Shown one piece after another: positions 1 to 11,315 of a stretch of DNA of 36,391 bases (position 1 is the first letter of the stretch; every line of letters begins with the position of its first letter). The position numbers and the translations under genes are program-made. The DNA is from Clostridia bacterium (GTDB taxonomy: Bacteria > Bacillota > Clostridia > HGM11514), in the NCBI GenBank assembly GCA_034117945.1, contig JAXEOR010000005.1, positions 1-36,391 on the forward strand, written 5' to 3'. The notes below the pieces were generated by a model, which worked only from the letters and a program-made list of their open reading frames with translations, had not been told where the DNA came from and searched no databases.

Positions 1-986
1 TTGTTTTACTGGGAAAAGCGGGTATGATGATTTGGGAATATAACGATCATACCTCGGAGGACAAGCACCAGGTGACGGTGACCGTTTTAGAGGGTGCTAC
101 AGTTGGTCAGATGGCTGACATTTTGAAGGATGCCGGCGTGATCAGATCTAAATTTGTGTTTAAGCGGAAGGCGGCCGCCTCTGAATACGGCCCCCTGCAG
201 TATGGAACCTTCACCTTGGATACCGGATGGTGCCTGGATGATATTATCAAAGTAATGGCAACCCAGGGAGCTCAGAAGGAAAGCTTTTCCTTTGTGGTGC
301 CGGAAGGGTATTCGGTAGAGCAGATCTGCGCCAAGGCGGTGGCCAATGAGATCTGCACCCAGGAGGAATTTTATGACGTGCTGGAAAACGGCTCTTTTCC
401 TTATGAGTTTTTAAATGAAATTCCTCAGGACAGGGAGGTTACCTACCGGCTGCAAGGGTTTTTATTCCCGGATACTTATTTGTTTGATTCGGATACGGAC
501 GCTTATGTGCTGATTGACACCATGCTGGCGGAGTTTGAAAAGCACTATCAAAATCTAAAAAATATCCCCTCGGATTATTCCTTTTTTGATATCGTAACGG
601 TAGCCTCCTTGGTGGAGCGGGAATCCAAGCTGGACGAGGAGCGGGCAACCATTGCCGGTGTGATTTATAATCGGATTCAGGAGAATATGCCCCTGCAGAT
701 TGACGCTTCTGTGGTGTATGCTTGCTCGGAGGGAATGTATGATATGGATCAGGTGTTATATGAGGATCTGGAGATTGATTCTCCCTATAATACCTACAAA
801 TATCCCGGTATGCCCGCAGGACCCATTTGCAACCCGGGGATTGCGTCTATCAAGGCGGCTCTGTTGCCGGAGCGACATTCCTACTACTATTATCACACGG
901 ATGAGGAAAAGCAGGACGGCAGTCATATTTTTACCGAAACCTTTGAGGAGCATTCCGCCACAATGACTTACGGGCAGGAGGAATAG
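1..986 (+). CDS. mltG: Endolytic murein transglycosylase MltG/YceG family, 5' end cut by window edge
   Basis: ORF 24..986 stays open in the same frame back to nt 3, so the N-terminal membrane anchor lies upstream. YceG hallmarks are present: ERESKLDEERATIAGVIYNRI, QIDASVVY, SPYNTYKYPGMPAGPICNPG. Confidence 0.9.
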   Translation, partial: VLLGKAGMMIWEYNDHTSEDKHQVTVTVLEGATVGQMADILKDAGVIRSKFVFKRKAAASEYGPLQYGTFTLDTGWCLDDIIKVMATQGAQKESFSFVVPEGYSVEQICAKAVANEICTQEEFYDVLENGSFPYEFLNEIPQDREVTYRLQGFLFPDTYLFDSDTDAYVLIDTMLAEFEKHYQNLKNIPSDYSFFDIVTVASLVERESKLDEERATIAGVIYNRIQENMPLQIDASVVYACSEGMYDMDQVLYEDLEIDSPYNTYKYPGMPAGPICNPGIASIKAALLPERHSYYYYHTDEEKQDGSHIFTETFEEHSATMTYGQEE

Positions 987-1065
987 GAAGCGGGCTGAAG
1001 GAACCGGATGGTTTTGGGGAAAATATGTAAGGCCTTTGATCGAAAATCAAGGCTGGCCTTAGAAG

Positions 1066-1108
1066 AAAAAACCGAAGCTGCTGTAAGCCGAGTGTTCTTA
1101 AGGACAGT
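1066..1108. repeat. Left arm of 43-nt imperfect inverted repeat bracketing the AT-rich GRE island (partner 5215..5257)
   Basis: aaaaaaccgaagctgctgtaagccgagtgttcttaaggacagt. Hand alignment against the reverse complement of 5215..5257 gives 37 Watson-Crick pairs, 4 G-T pairs and 2 mismatches. The inner 18 nt (1091..1108 vs 5215..5232) pair perfectly. Confidence 0.7.
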
Positions 1109-1136
1109 AAAAGGGGCTGAAAAAAATCCCCTAAAA
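1108..1136 (-). terminator. Weak hairpin plus T-stretch downstream of the activase gene
   Basis: On the minus strand, AGGGG-11 nt loop-CCCCT is followed by TTTTAC. The stem is only 5 bp. Confidence 0.3.
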
Positions 1137-1167
1137 CATTTTTACAGTCCCTTTAATTATTATTTCA

Positions 1168-2067
1168 TTACAAAATTTCAATAGTTATATTTGTTTTATC
1201 TCTCATATAATTAATAAATGGTGCTATGCTGTCGGCGGATAAAAATTCTCTATTCTGATATCCCTGTGTTTTTCCAAGTTTAATTGACTTATGAATTCCC
1301 AAAGGATGGTACGGTTCGATATGTATGGCGACAACATTCCTGAGTTCATTTGCGAGATTTGCAATCTTGTTAAAATGATTTTCCGTAAAATTGACACCAG
1401 GGATTATCGGGCAACGCAAGATGATTTTTGCCCCTATACTATCAAGATAAAAGAGGTTTATTAATATTTTTTCATTGGAAACACCTGTATACCTAATATG
1501 TTCTTTTTCAGAAAGCAACTTTATGTCATAAAGCCACAGATCAACATATTGAATTATTTCATTTAATTGTTTATAGCAATAACCGCTTGTTTCAACTGCA
1601 GTATGAACTCCGGCTGCTTTTGTTTTTTTCAGAATTTCCAAAGAAAAATCATATTGCATCAAAGGTTCTCCGCCTGAAAGTGTAATACCACCGCACGATT
1701 GTTTATAAAATTCTGCATCTCTTAAAATTTCATCCATAACCTCACCAACTGTTATCTCTTTTCCGCAGACTTCAAGTGCGTTGGCAGGACATTCCAAGAC
1801 ACATTTCATACATTTTTTGCAGTTATTGTGCAAAAAAATATGTTTATCGGTATCAAACATATGTTGCTTGAGATTGCACGCTTTTTCACACTTTCTGCAA
1901 TTTATGCATTTTTCTGAATCATAAAAAATTTCAGGACAAATGGATTTTGATTCCGGGTTGTGACACCATATACAAGAAAGAGGACACCCCTTAAAAAAGA
2001 CAACTGTACGTATACCCGGACCATCACTTGTTGAAAAGCGCTGAATATTAAATATATTTCCCGTCAT
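1168..2067 (-). CDS. Glycyl radical enzyme activating enzyme (radical SAM, PflA family) with two ferredoxin-like auxiliary cluster motifs
   Basis: N-terminal FSTSDGPGIRTVVFFKGCPLSCIWCHNPE (CX3CX2C). Auxiliary motifs are CINCRKCEKAC and CKKCMKCVLECP, plus GGITLSGGEPL. Its ATG (2065..2067) directly abuts the TAA stop of the upstream GRE (2068..2070). Confidence 0.93.
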   Translation of the reverse strand: MTGNIFNIQRFSTSDGPGIRTVVFFKGCPLSCIWCHNPESKSICPEIFYDSEKCINCRKCEKACNLKQHMFDTDKHIFLHNNCKKCMKCVLECPANALEVCGKEITVGEVMDEILRDAEFYKQSCGGITLSGGEPLMQYDFSLEILKKTKAAGVHTAVETSGYCYKQLNEIIQYVDLWLYDIKLLSEKEHIRYTGVSNEKILINLFYLDSIGAKIILRCPIIPGVNFTENHFNKIANLANELRNVVAIHIEPYHPLGIHKSIKLGKTQGYQNREFLSADSIAPFINYMRDKTNITIEIL

Positions 2068-4158
2068 TTATATTATATGCTCCGTTCTTAAAATCAACTC
2101 TTCCTGCATTTCAGGAGATAACTTTACAAAGTAATCACTGTAACCGCCTATTCTTACAACAAGGTCTTTATATTTCTCTGGATTTATCACTGCCTTTTCC
2201 AGTGTTTCTTTATCAATTACATTGATTTGCATTTCAAATCCGCCTCTTTTGAGATATGTTTTAATCAGGCTTTTCATGGTATCAAGAGAATGCCTGCCCA
2301 GTGACCTCTTTGAAAACTTCATATTTACTGCAATACCGCCGAGGAGTTCATGATGTGCCCATTTTGTAGAAGATAAAATAGAAGCGGTAGGGCCTTTCAT
2401 TTCTCTGCCCTGACACGGACCTGAGCCGTCACCGAGGGGGAAACCGGCTTTTCTGCCGTCAGGAGTTGCTCCTGTTTGTCTTCCGAAACGCTCATGCATA
2501 ACCCAACAAAAAACGCTTGGTATAAGATTTCCGTTTGTATGCATTCCTTTGTATTTCTTACATTCCGATATAATATGTTCCGTTATTTTCCCAAACAAGC
2601 AGTCAACTTCATCAATGTCGTTACCATATTTCGAAATAGAATTTAATAAACGCTGACTGAAAATTTCATTATTCTCAAAGTTACTGTCGAGTATCTTCTT
2701 AAACTCTTTGATGCTGAGTTCTTTCAAGTCAAATACAATTTGCTTTAACGCATACAAAGAATCTACCAAGTTTGCCATTCCTACGAAGCTTGGCATAATC
2801 CAGTTATATCGTGCACCACCCTGTTCAATATCTGTTCCGCGCTCAAGACAATCATCCACAAAACAGGAAAGAAAAGGATTCATTGAGTTTTCACTGCGAT
2901 ATTTTCTGTCTGCATTTTCGTTCTCAAAGTTACTTTTGATTTTAGCATCAAGGTTTGCAAACAAAGTTACTAATAGCTCACCCATGTCAGTGTATTCTCT
3001 GTCAAGAATATCAAGCAGAAGCTGAGGCATATTCGTATACGGACTTGCCACCCAGACATTTGAGGAAGCTACCGGCGTTATCTCCACACAGGTGCTATGA
3101 ATATAGCTGTGAGCTTCTTTTTCGGGTACACCATAGCATTTTAATCCTTTTGTTATAATATCATCGTTAAATATTGCCGGGTGTGAACAACCGTGTGATA
3201 TAATTTCGCAGGCTTTTTCCAGATACATGTCGTCCATCTCCTCAGTATAGCATAGCCCAACGGAGGGATAAACCAGTCTTATGTCGTCTACTACCTGCAT
3301 ACACATATCGGTGAGCTCATTTGCAACAATGTTATTGTTTTCGTCACGGCCTCCGACCATATAACCGCTCGACAAACCGTTCGGCACACGGTTGTTGATT
3401 TGTATTCCAAGGCAATTTAAAAGCAACTGTGCATATTCTTTTGTGATAACACCAGTTCCTATATCTTTAAGATAATATGGCAATAAATACCGGTCCGGAT
3501 GCCCCAACTGAAACTGCTGTGGACAATACCGGAAGGGGTTAAGAGAAAGACAAAAAGTAATAAAATGAACAGATTGTATTGCTTCGTAAAAACTTTCAGC
3601 AGGATTGGCAGGTACTTTTCTGCATATTTCTGATATTAGATTAAGCTCTTTACATCTGTTTGCATCCGTTGAATTTTCTGACAGTCTTGCTGCTTCGTCA
3701 GCGTAACGTTCTGAAAAACTTATAACTGCTTCAAGGCATTTTTTACATGTAAGATAAAATTTCTTTTTGCTATCATCGCAATTTAAGAGATAGATATTGA
3801 TTTTATCAATGATACCATTTAATCCGTAATTTAATATGAGTTCATAATCAACAGCCATATGTGAATCCTGACCGCTTCCTGCTTTTGCAGATTCCGCTTT
3901 TGCTATGTGCAAATACTTATTCAGCCATTCATTTTCTTCCTCATGCGATAGCTTATTATTGCATTTTCCCACGATAAGCTCATCTTCCGATATAGATGGC
4001 GTCAAGTTAGAAAATGCAAAACAAAAGGCTTCTGCATAGCGGTCTTCTTTTGATGTCTTTTGACTGTCACTATAACACTTGAAGAATTTATAAAAAAATT
4101 CATCATAGCAAATTACATTCTCCAAAGCCATCATGCGTAATTTCTTTATTCTTTTCAT
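2068..4158 (-). CDS. Compact glycyl radical enzyme (PFL-like superfamily, eliminase-type Cys-x-Glu loop), about 696 aa
   Basis: C-terminal glycine-radical motif VVRIGGYSDYFVKLSPEMQEELILRT. Thiyl loop is HSTCVEITP and the ATPDGR motif is present. Start taken as ATG 4158 (MKRIKKLR...), preceded by AAAGGA. The ORF-track start at 4230 lacks an RBS. Confidence 0.93.
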   Translation of the reverse strand: MKRIKKLRMMALENVICYDEFFYKFFKCYSDSQKTSKEDRYAEAFCFAFSNLTPSISEDELIVGKCNNKLSHEEENEWLNKYLHIAKAESAKAGSGQDSHMAVDYELILNYGLNGIIDKINIYLLNCDDSKKKFYLTCKKCLEAVISFSERYADEAARLSENSTDANRCKELNLISEICRKVPANPAESFYEAIQSVHFITFCLSLNPFRYCPQQFQLGHPDRYLLPYYLKDIGTGVITKEYAQLLLNCLGIQINNRVPNGLSSGYMVGGRDENNNIVANELTDMCMQVVDDIRLVYPSVGLCYTEEMDDMYLEKACEIISHGCSHPAIFNDDIITKGLKCYGVPEKEAHSYIHSTCVEITPVASSNVWVASPYTNMPQLLLDILDREYTDMGELLVTLFANLDAKIKSNFENENADRKYRSENSMNPFLSCFVDDCLERGTDIEQGGARYNWIMPSFVGMANLVDSLYALKQIVFDLKELSIKEFKKILDSNFENNEIFSQRLLNSISKYGNDIDEVDCLFGKITEHIISECKKYKGMHTNGNLIPSVFCWVMHERFGRQTGATPDGRKAGFPLGDGSGPCQGREMKGPTASILSSTKWAHHELLGGIAVNMKFSKRSLGRHSLDTMKSLIKTYLKRGGFEMQINVIDKETLEKAVINPEKYKDLVVRIGGYSDYFVKLSPEMQEELILRTEHII

Positions 4159-4186
4159 AACGAAATATCCTTTCTTTTTTTCTTGC

Positions 4187-4195
4187 ATTATAACA
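4187..4195 (-). promoter_or_regulatory. Candidate extended -10 promoter (TGtTATAAT) for the GRE-activase operon
   Basis: The minus strand reads catgTTATAAT about 25 nt upstream of the 4158 start. No good -35 box is present. Confidence 0.35.
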
Positions 4196-4264
4196 TGATT
4201 TATGATACAATAATAGTGAAAAAGATTCAAAATTATGTATTATCGTATCAAACGAGGCGGAGAA

Positions 4265-5119
4265 ATGGATATTAAATTTCATTGTGATTCAAAACAAAAT
4301 TTCAAAAATGAACATCAACAAGTTCGCGCATTTTTATATACTGATTATTCAATTGAACCCCATAATCACGATTTTTATGAGATGAATATTATTATGAAGG
4401 GAAAAGGAACGCATCAAATTGAGAATGCATGCTTCAGCGCGGAAACCGGAGACGTATTTATGATACCTCCAATGAGGATACATTCATATTACGACACCGA
4501 AGATTTAAATGTATATCATATTTTATTGCATAAGGATTTTATCAGCAATAATCAAAAGGAAAACTCAAGTATTCCGGGTTTTGTTCAATTTACTGAGATT
4601 GAACCATTTTTACGTCAGAATTTTTCAAAGAAAATGTTTCTACATCTTTCTCACGGACAAATATTGCAGTTAAAAACCGACTTAGCCTTTATTGAGGACA
4701 ATAGTGTTTATGATACAAAAGAAATGTTGCCTATAAAAAACCATACAACATGGAAAATCTTATATTGGCTTTCTGCCTTGCTTTTTGATCAAATATATGA
4801 TAAAAACAAAAAGACTTTGAATAAACATGATATTGAAATCATCAGAACTCTTGAATATATACATCAAAACTACGATAGTAAAATAACTATTGATTTGTTA
4901 AGTCAAAAATCGTTTCTTTCACGTTCGACATTTCTCCGTCGCTTTCGCGATGTATGTGAATGTACACCAATGGAATATGTAAACAGATACCGCTGTAAAA
5001 AAGCCCTGGAAATGATAGATAACACATGCTTTTCAAAAACAGAAATTGCATATCATTGTGGATTTTACGATTTATCTCATATGGAGCGGACAATGAAGCA
5101 ATTATGTTCATTACTGTAA
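4265..5119 (+). CDS. AraC-family transcriptional regulator (cupin-like N-domain plus C-terminal HTH), divergent from the GRE
   Basis: N-domain HNHDFYEMNIIMKGKGTH...GDVFMIPP. C-terminal AraC HTH is LSRSTFLRRFRDVCECTPMEYVNRYRCKKALEMI...IAYHCGFYDLSHM. Start is ATG 4265 after GAGGCGGAG. Confidence 0.9.
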   Translation: MDIKFHCDSKQNFKNEHQQVRAFLYTDYSIEPHNHDFYEMNIIMKGKGTHQIENACFSAETGDVFMIPPMRIHSYYDTEDLNVYHILLHKDFISNNQKENSSIPGFVQFTEIEPFLRQNFSKKMFLHLSHGQILQLKTDLAFIEDNSVYDTKEMLPIKNHTTWKILYWLSALLFDQIYDKNKKTLNKHDIEIIRTLEYIHQNYDSKITIDLLSQKSFLSRSTFLRRFRDVCECTPMEYVNRYRCKKALEMIDNTCFSKTEIAYHCGFYDLSHMERTMKQLCSLL

Positions 5120-5181
5120 CGAGCAGGGAAGATGTGTACCATCTTCCACGATTTTAGGATACTCCTAATACCTTATACAAT

Positions 5182-5212
5182 AAACCCCGAAACAAATTTT
5201 GTTTCGGGGTTT
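5182..5212. terminator. Bidirectional rho-independent terminator
   Basis: aaaCCCCGAAAC-aaatttt-GTTTCGGGGttt. This is a perfect 9-bp stem flanked by A and T runs. Confidence 0.75.
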
Positions 5213-5214
5213 AA

Positions 5215-5257
5215 ACTGTCCTTAAGAACACTTGGCATATGGCGGCCTCGGTTTTTT
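5215..5257. repeat. Right arm of the 43-nt inverted repeat (partner 1066..1108)
   Basis: actgtccttaagaacacttggcatatggcggcctcggtttttt. See the left arm for the alignment. Confidence 0.7.
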
Positions 5258-5269
5258 GCAGAAGGGAAT

Positions 5270-5298
5270 TTGACTTTTTGCGGAAATTGTGCTATACT
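5270..5298 (+). promoter_or_regulatory. Near-consensus sigma-A type promoter with no adjacent + strand gene
   Basis: TTGACT (5270..5275), a 17-nt spacer, then TATACT (5293..5298) with TG at 5290..5291. Confidence 0.5.
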
Positions 5299-5322
5299 AA
5301 AAAGAAAAAAGGGGCCTTCCCT

Positions 5323-5631
5323 TTAAAAATGATAAGGAACGGTAAACCGCTCTGCATTCAGGACGGGCAGGGGGAATTCCTTTGCCAGCAGGCGGAGCAT
5401 TTGATCCAGCTCGGTCGGATGATCGGCACTCAGTAAAATAACCGGAACAGCGTTCATTTCAGCAGCGCAGGCGATGCCCCGGCGCACCTCCTGCTCGAAG
5501 GTCTCCGGATCCTCGTTGGTGTCAAACACAGCGTACAGGTGCTTGGGGGGAGAGGGACGCATGTGAAACAGTAAAATAATCCCTGCCATGACTGCCAGCA
5601 GGCATAATGAAACAACAAAAGGGGACAGCAT
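5323..5631 (-). CDS. Hypothetical small membrane-anchored protein (about 102 aa)
   Basis: N-terminal hydrophobic helix SPFVVSLCLLAVMAGIILLF. ATG 5631 is preceded by AGAGAGGTG. I recognise no family. Confidence 0.55.
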   Translation of the reverse strand: MLSPFVVSLCLLAVMAGIILLFHMRPSPPKHLYAVFDTNEDPETFEQEVRRGIACAAEMNAVPVILLSADHPTELDQMLRLLAKEFPLPVLNAERFTVPYHF

Positions 5632-5710
5632 TGGGTTCACCTCTCTTTCAGCGGAATGTTCTGCTCTTATCTTATGCAGTATGATGGATTAATGTGACGG
5701 AGGAATGAGA

Positions 5711-5914
5711 ATGAACAATTATGAGCCAAGGTGCATTTTGTGTAATTTCGGGCGGGAGATCCGGCTGACAGGGCATGTGCTTTGCTCCCTGGAGGGGGTG
5801 ACAGAGCCGGGATTTTGCTGTAAAAAATTTGAGATGAATTATCTGAAGCTGCGGCTAAAACGGCCTGTGAACAAACGAAAAAGGGAATTTACCCCTCAGG
5901 ATTTTTCCCTGTAA
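5711..5914 (+). CDS. Hypothetical small Cys-rich protein (about 67 aa)
   Basis: Cysteine pattern CILC ... C ... CC, with a basic tail. GGAGGA lies 6 nt before ATG 5711. I recognise no family. Confidence 0.45.
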   Translation: MNNYEPRCILCNFGREIRLTGHVLCSLEGVTEPGFCCKKFEMNYLKLRLKRPVNKRKREFTPQDFSL

Positions 5915-5935
5915 GAAGGAAAGGAGAACAATCAA

Positions 5936-9060
<3,125 letters not shown>

Positions 9061-9110
9061 ATGACAACGGGAACGGTAATGTTCTAAGATGTGCGAGGTG
9101 GAGTTGCATT

Positions 9111-9479
9111 ATGGCGGAGCGGTTCAGTCCGGAAAGCAGCGAGCAGGTCAGCCTGTTTGAATGGTGCGAATACAGCCTGGGGAAGTATCCCCAGCTTTCT
9201 CTTTTGTTTCATGTCCCTAATGGGGGATTTCGTTCTGCGGCAACGGCGGGACGGATGAAGGCGGAGGGCGTGAAGGCGGGGGTGCCCGATCTTTGTCTTC
9301 CGGTGGCTCGGGGGGGCTATCACGGGCTTTTTATCGAGATGAAGGCCGGGAAAAATAAGCCTACAGAGCGGCAAAATAAATGGCTTGCAGACTTGCAGGA
9401 GCAGGGGTATTTGACCGCTGTTTGCTATGGCTGGGAGGAAGCTGCAAGGCTGCTTACCGATTATTTGGAAAAAAAGTAG
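9111..9479 (+). CDS. VRR-NUC domain nuclease (PD-(D/E)xK fold), stand-alone 122 aa
   Basis: Motifs HVPNGG...GVPDLCL...FIEMK...PTERQNKWLADL. RBS is GAGGTGGAG. Confidence 0.85.
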   Translation: MAERFSPESSEQVSLFEWCEYSLGKYPQLSLLFHVPNGGFRSAATAGRMKAEGVKAGVPDLCLPVARGGYHGLFIEMKAGKNKPTERQNKWLADLQEQGYLTAVCYGWEEAARLLTDYLEKK

Positions 9480-9498
9480 GATCAAGGGGGAGAAAGAA

Positions 9499-10926
9499 AT
9501 GATCAAACAATTCTTTTTTGAAAAAGGCTTTTGGAGAGTGACTCTTCAGCTGGCTCTTCCTATCGCCCTTCAAAATCTGCTGGTGAGCTCCTATGTTTTG
9601 GTAGATACGCTGATGGTGGGGCAGCTGGGAGATGTGTCTTTGTCTGCGGTGGGCATGGCAGGGCAGTGGAACTGGCTGATGAATATGATTGTGTTTGGGG
9701 TTTGCTCCGGGGCGGCTGTTTTTTTTGCCCAGTATTGGGGGATTGGCGACCGGGAAGGAATTCAGAGAACCTATGGCATCAGCCTGAGTACTGTTTTGCT
9801 GATCAGCTCTTTGTTTTTTTTTACAGGGCTGCTGTTTCCGGAATGGGTAATCAAGCTGTTTAACCGGGATCCCATGATTGTGGAAACAGGAACCAGCTAT
9901 TTAAAAATTGCAGCCTTTTCTTATTTGGCGGCGGCGGTGAATACCCTCTTTTGCACCCTGCTCCGGTCAACGGAGGAGGTCAAGCTGCCTATGTATGTTT
10001 CCTTGTTTACCACCCTGTTAAACGCATTGCTGGATTATGCTTTAATTTTCGGTGCCTTTGGGCTGCCTGAGCTTGGCATTCGGGGGGCTGCGCTGGCCAC
10101 TTGTATTTCCGCCTGGAGCGGCCCCTTGGCACTGATTGCCGTTTCCTTTTTCCGCAAAAATATGCTGATTGCCCCTCTGAAAAAATTATTCGGCTTTACG
10201 CTGTGGGATGTGAATTTATTTTTCGTCAAGGCGGCTCCCATTATTTTTAATGAGGGCATGTGGGGCTTGGGCACTCTTCTCTTTAATATTATTTATTCTA
10301 ACATGGGGTATGAATATTATGCGGCGGTGACCATTTTAAAAACCTTTGAAAACATTGCATTTGTGTTTTTTGTAGGTTTGTGCAATGCTTGCTCGGTGAT
10401 GGTGGGAAAATCCATTGGAGCGGGGAAAATCAGGCGGGGTGTGGCCGACGCCAGGCGGTTTACCGTGATTCTTCCGCTGTTGGCTTTGGTGCTGGGCATT
10501 GTTGTTGTGATATTTCGCAGTCAGCTGGTTGGTATTTTTAATATGAATCACAACATCACCCAAAAAACAGTGGATTCTGCCAAGGTGATTTTGCTGATCT
10601 ACGGGCTACATATCGGGATCAGGAACATTCCTTATGTTCAGATTGTGGGGATTTTCCGCTCCGGGGGAGATACCGGCAAGGGCGTGAAATATGACCTGCT
10701 TTGCCTGTGGCTGATTTCCCTGCCCGTCACCTTTATCAGCGCTTATTTCCTCCATCTCCCTTTTCCGGTGGTGTACGCTTTGATGTACGTTTGCGAGGAT
10801 TATGTGAAATCCATTTTGTGTCTGAAGTATTTTAAAAGCATGAAATGGATCAAGCCCGTAACGGAGGAGGGTGTTGCGGGCTTGGCAGAGTATCGCTTGG
10901 AAAAGCACGGTTTTTTTGAAGAATAA
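9499..10926 (+). CDS. MATE family efflux transporter
   Basis: About 12 predicted TM segments. The N-terminus LALPIALQNLLVSSYVLVDTLMVGQLG is typical of MATE. Start is ATG 9499 after GGGGGAG. Confidence 0.9.
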   Translation: MIKQFFFEKGFWRVTLQLALPIALQNLLVSSYVLVDTLMVGQLGDVSLSAVGMAGQWNWLMNMIVFGVCSGAAVFFAQYWGIGDREGIQRTYGISLSTVLLISSLFFFTGLLFPEWVIKLFNRDPMIVETGTSYLKIAAFSYLAAAVNTLFCTLLRSTEEVKLPMYVSLFTTLLNALLDYALIFGAFGLPELGIRGAALATCISAWSGPLALIAVSFFRKNMLIAPLKKLFGFTLWDVNLFFVKAAPIIFNEGMWGLGTLLFNIIYSNMGYEYYAAVTILKTFENIAFVFFVGLCNACSVMVGKSIGAGKIRRGVADARRFTVILPLLALVLGIVVVIFRSQLVGIFNMNHNITQKTVDSAKVILLIYGLHIGIRNIPYVQIVGIFRSGGDTGKGVKYDLLCLWLISLPVTFISAYFLHLPFPVVYALMYVCEDYVKSILCLKYFKSMKWIKPVTEEGVAGLAEYRLEKHGFFEE

Positions 10927-10956
10927 GCCCCCCATTTTTGAGTCGGGGAGCTATGT

Positions 10957-11010
10957 AAAGCCGTCAAATGCTGAATCCTTAAGGCTTCTGCAGGTGGCGG
11001 CTTTTTTGTT
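10957..11010. terminator. Putative bidirectional terminator between MATE and the small minus-strand ORF
   Basis: AAGCCG ... CGGCTT closes an imperfect inner hairpin centred on CCTTAAGG and is followed by TTTTTTGTTT. Confidence 0.35.
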
Positions 11011-11174
11011 TACGACTGTTTTTTTACCAGCTGTTCTGCGCAGCTGCGCAGATCCTCGATTCCTTGAAATGAAACGTTTTCCTGCATGATGGTTTCCTGT
11101 ACAAAGGGAGGCAAAGTTGCAAAATAACGCTGCATTTCCTCCGTTGGCAGAATCGGATTTTCCTTTTGATCCAT
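11010..11174 (-). CDS. Unlisted 54-aa ORF (hypothetical)
   Basis: Hand translation: MDQKENPILPTEEMQRYFATLPPFVQETIMQENVSFQGIEDLRSCAEQLVKKQS. GAGGTG lies 6 nt before the ATG. The ORF falls below the ORF-track length cut-off. Confidence 0.4.
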   Translation of the reverse strand: MDQKENPILPTEEMQRYFATLPPFVQETIMQENVSFQGIEDLRSCAEQLVKKQS

Positions 11175-11255
11175 CTTGTTCACCTCGTAGTTAGTATGAT
11201 TTCGGTCTCTCCTTTTTATTCACACAAATGTAATATTTCAATTCGGAAAAAGCCC

Positions 11256-11284
11256 TTGACAAATGATAGCAATTGATGTATATT
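11256..11284 (+). promoter_or_regulatory. Candidate promoter of the GH38 gene
   Basis: TTGACA, a 17-nt spacer, then TATATT, about 30 nt upstream of ATG 11316. Confidence 0.6.
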
Positions 11285-11315
11285 ACTTTTAAATCTGATT
11301 ATTTGGGGGAAAACC

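Noticed and set aside
1029-1060. Hairpin AAGGCC-TTGAT-cgaaa-ATCAA-..GGCCTT after mltG, considered as the mltG terminator
   Set aside because: It is not followed by a T-run on the plus strand. It may act on the minus strand or simply be stabilising, and is too uncertain to list as a feature.
1140-5260. Transposase, integrase or recombinase that could explain mobility of the AT-rich islands (also 16430..20870 and 34220..36391)
   Set aside because: Every ORF of substantial length in these blocks is accounted for by the GRE, activase, AraC or glycosidase genes. No mobility gene is present in the window.
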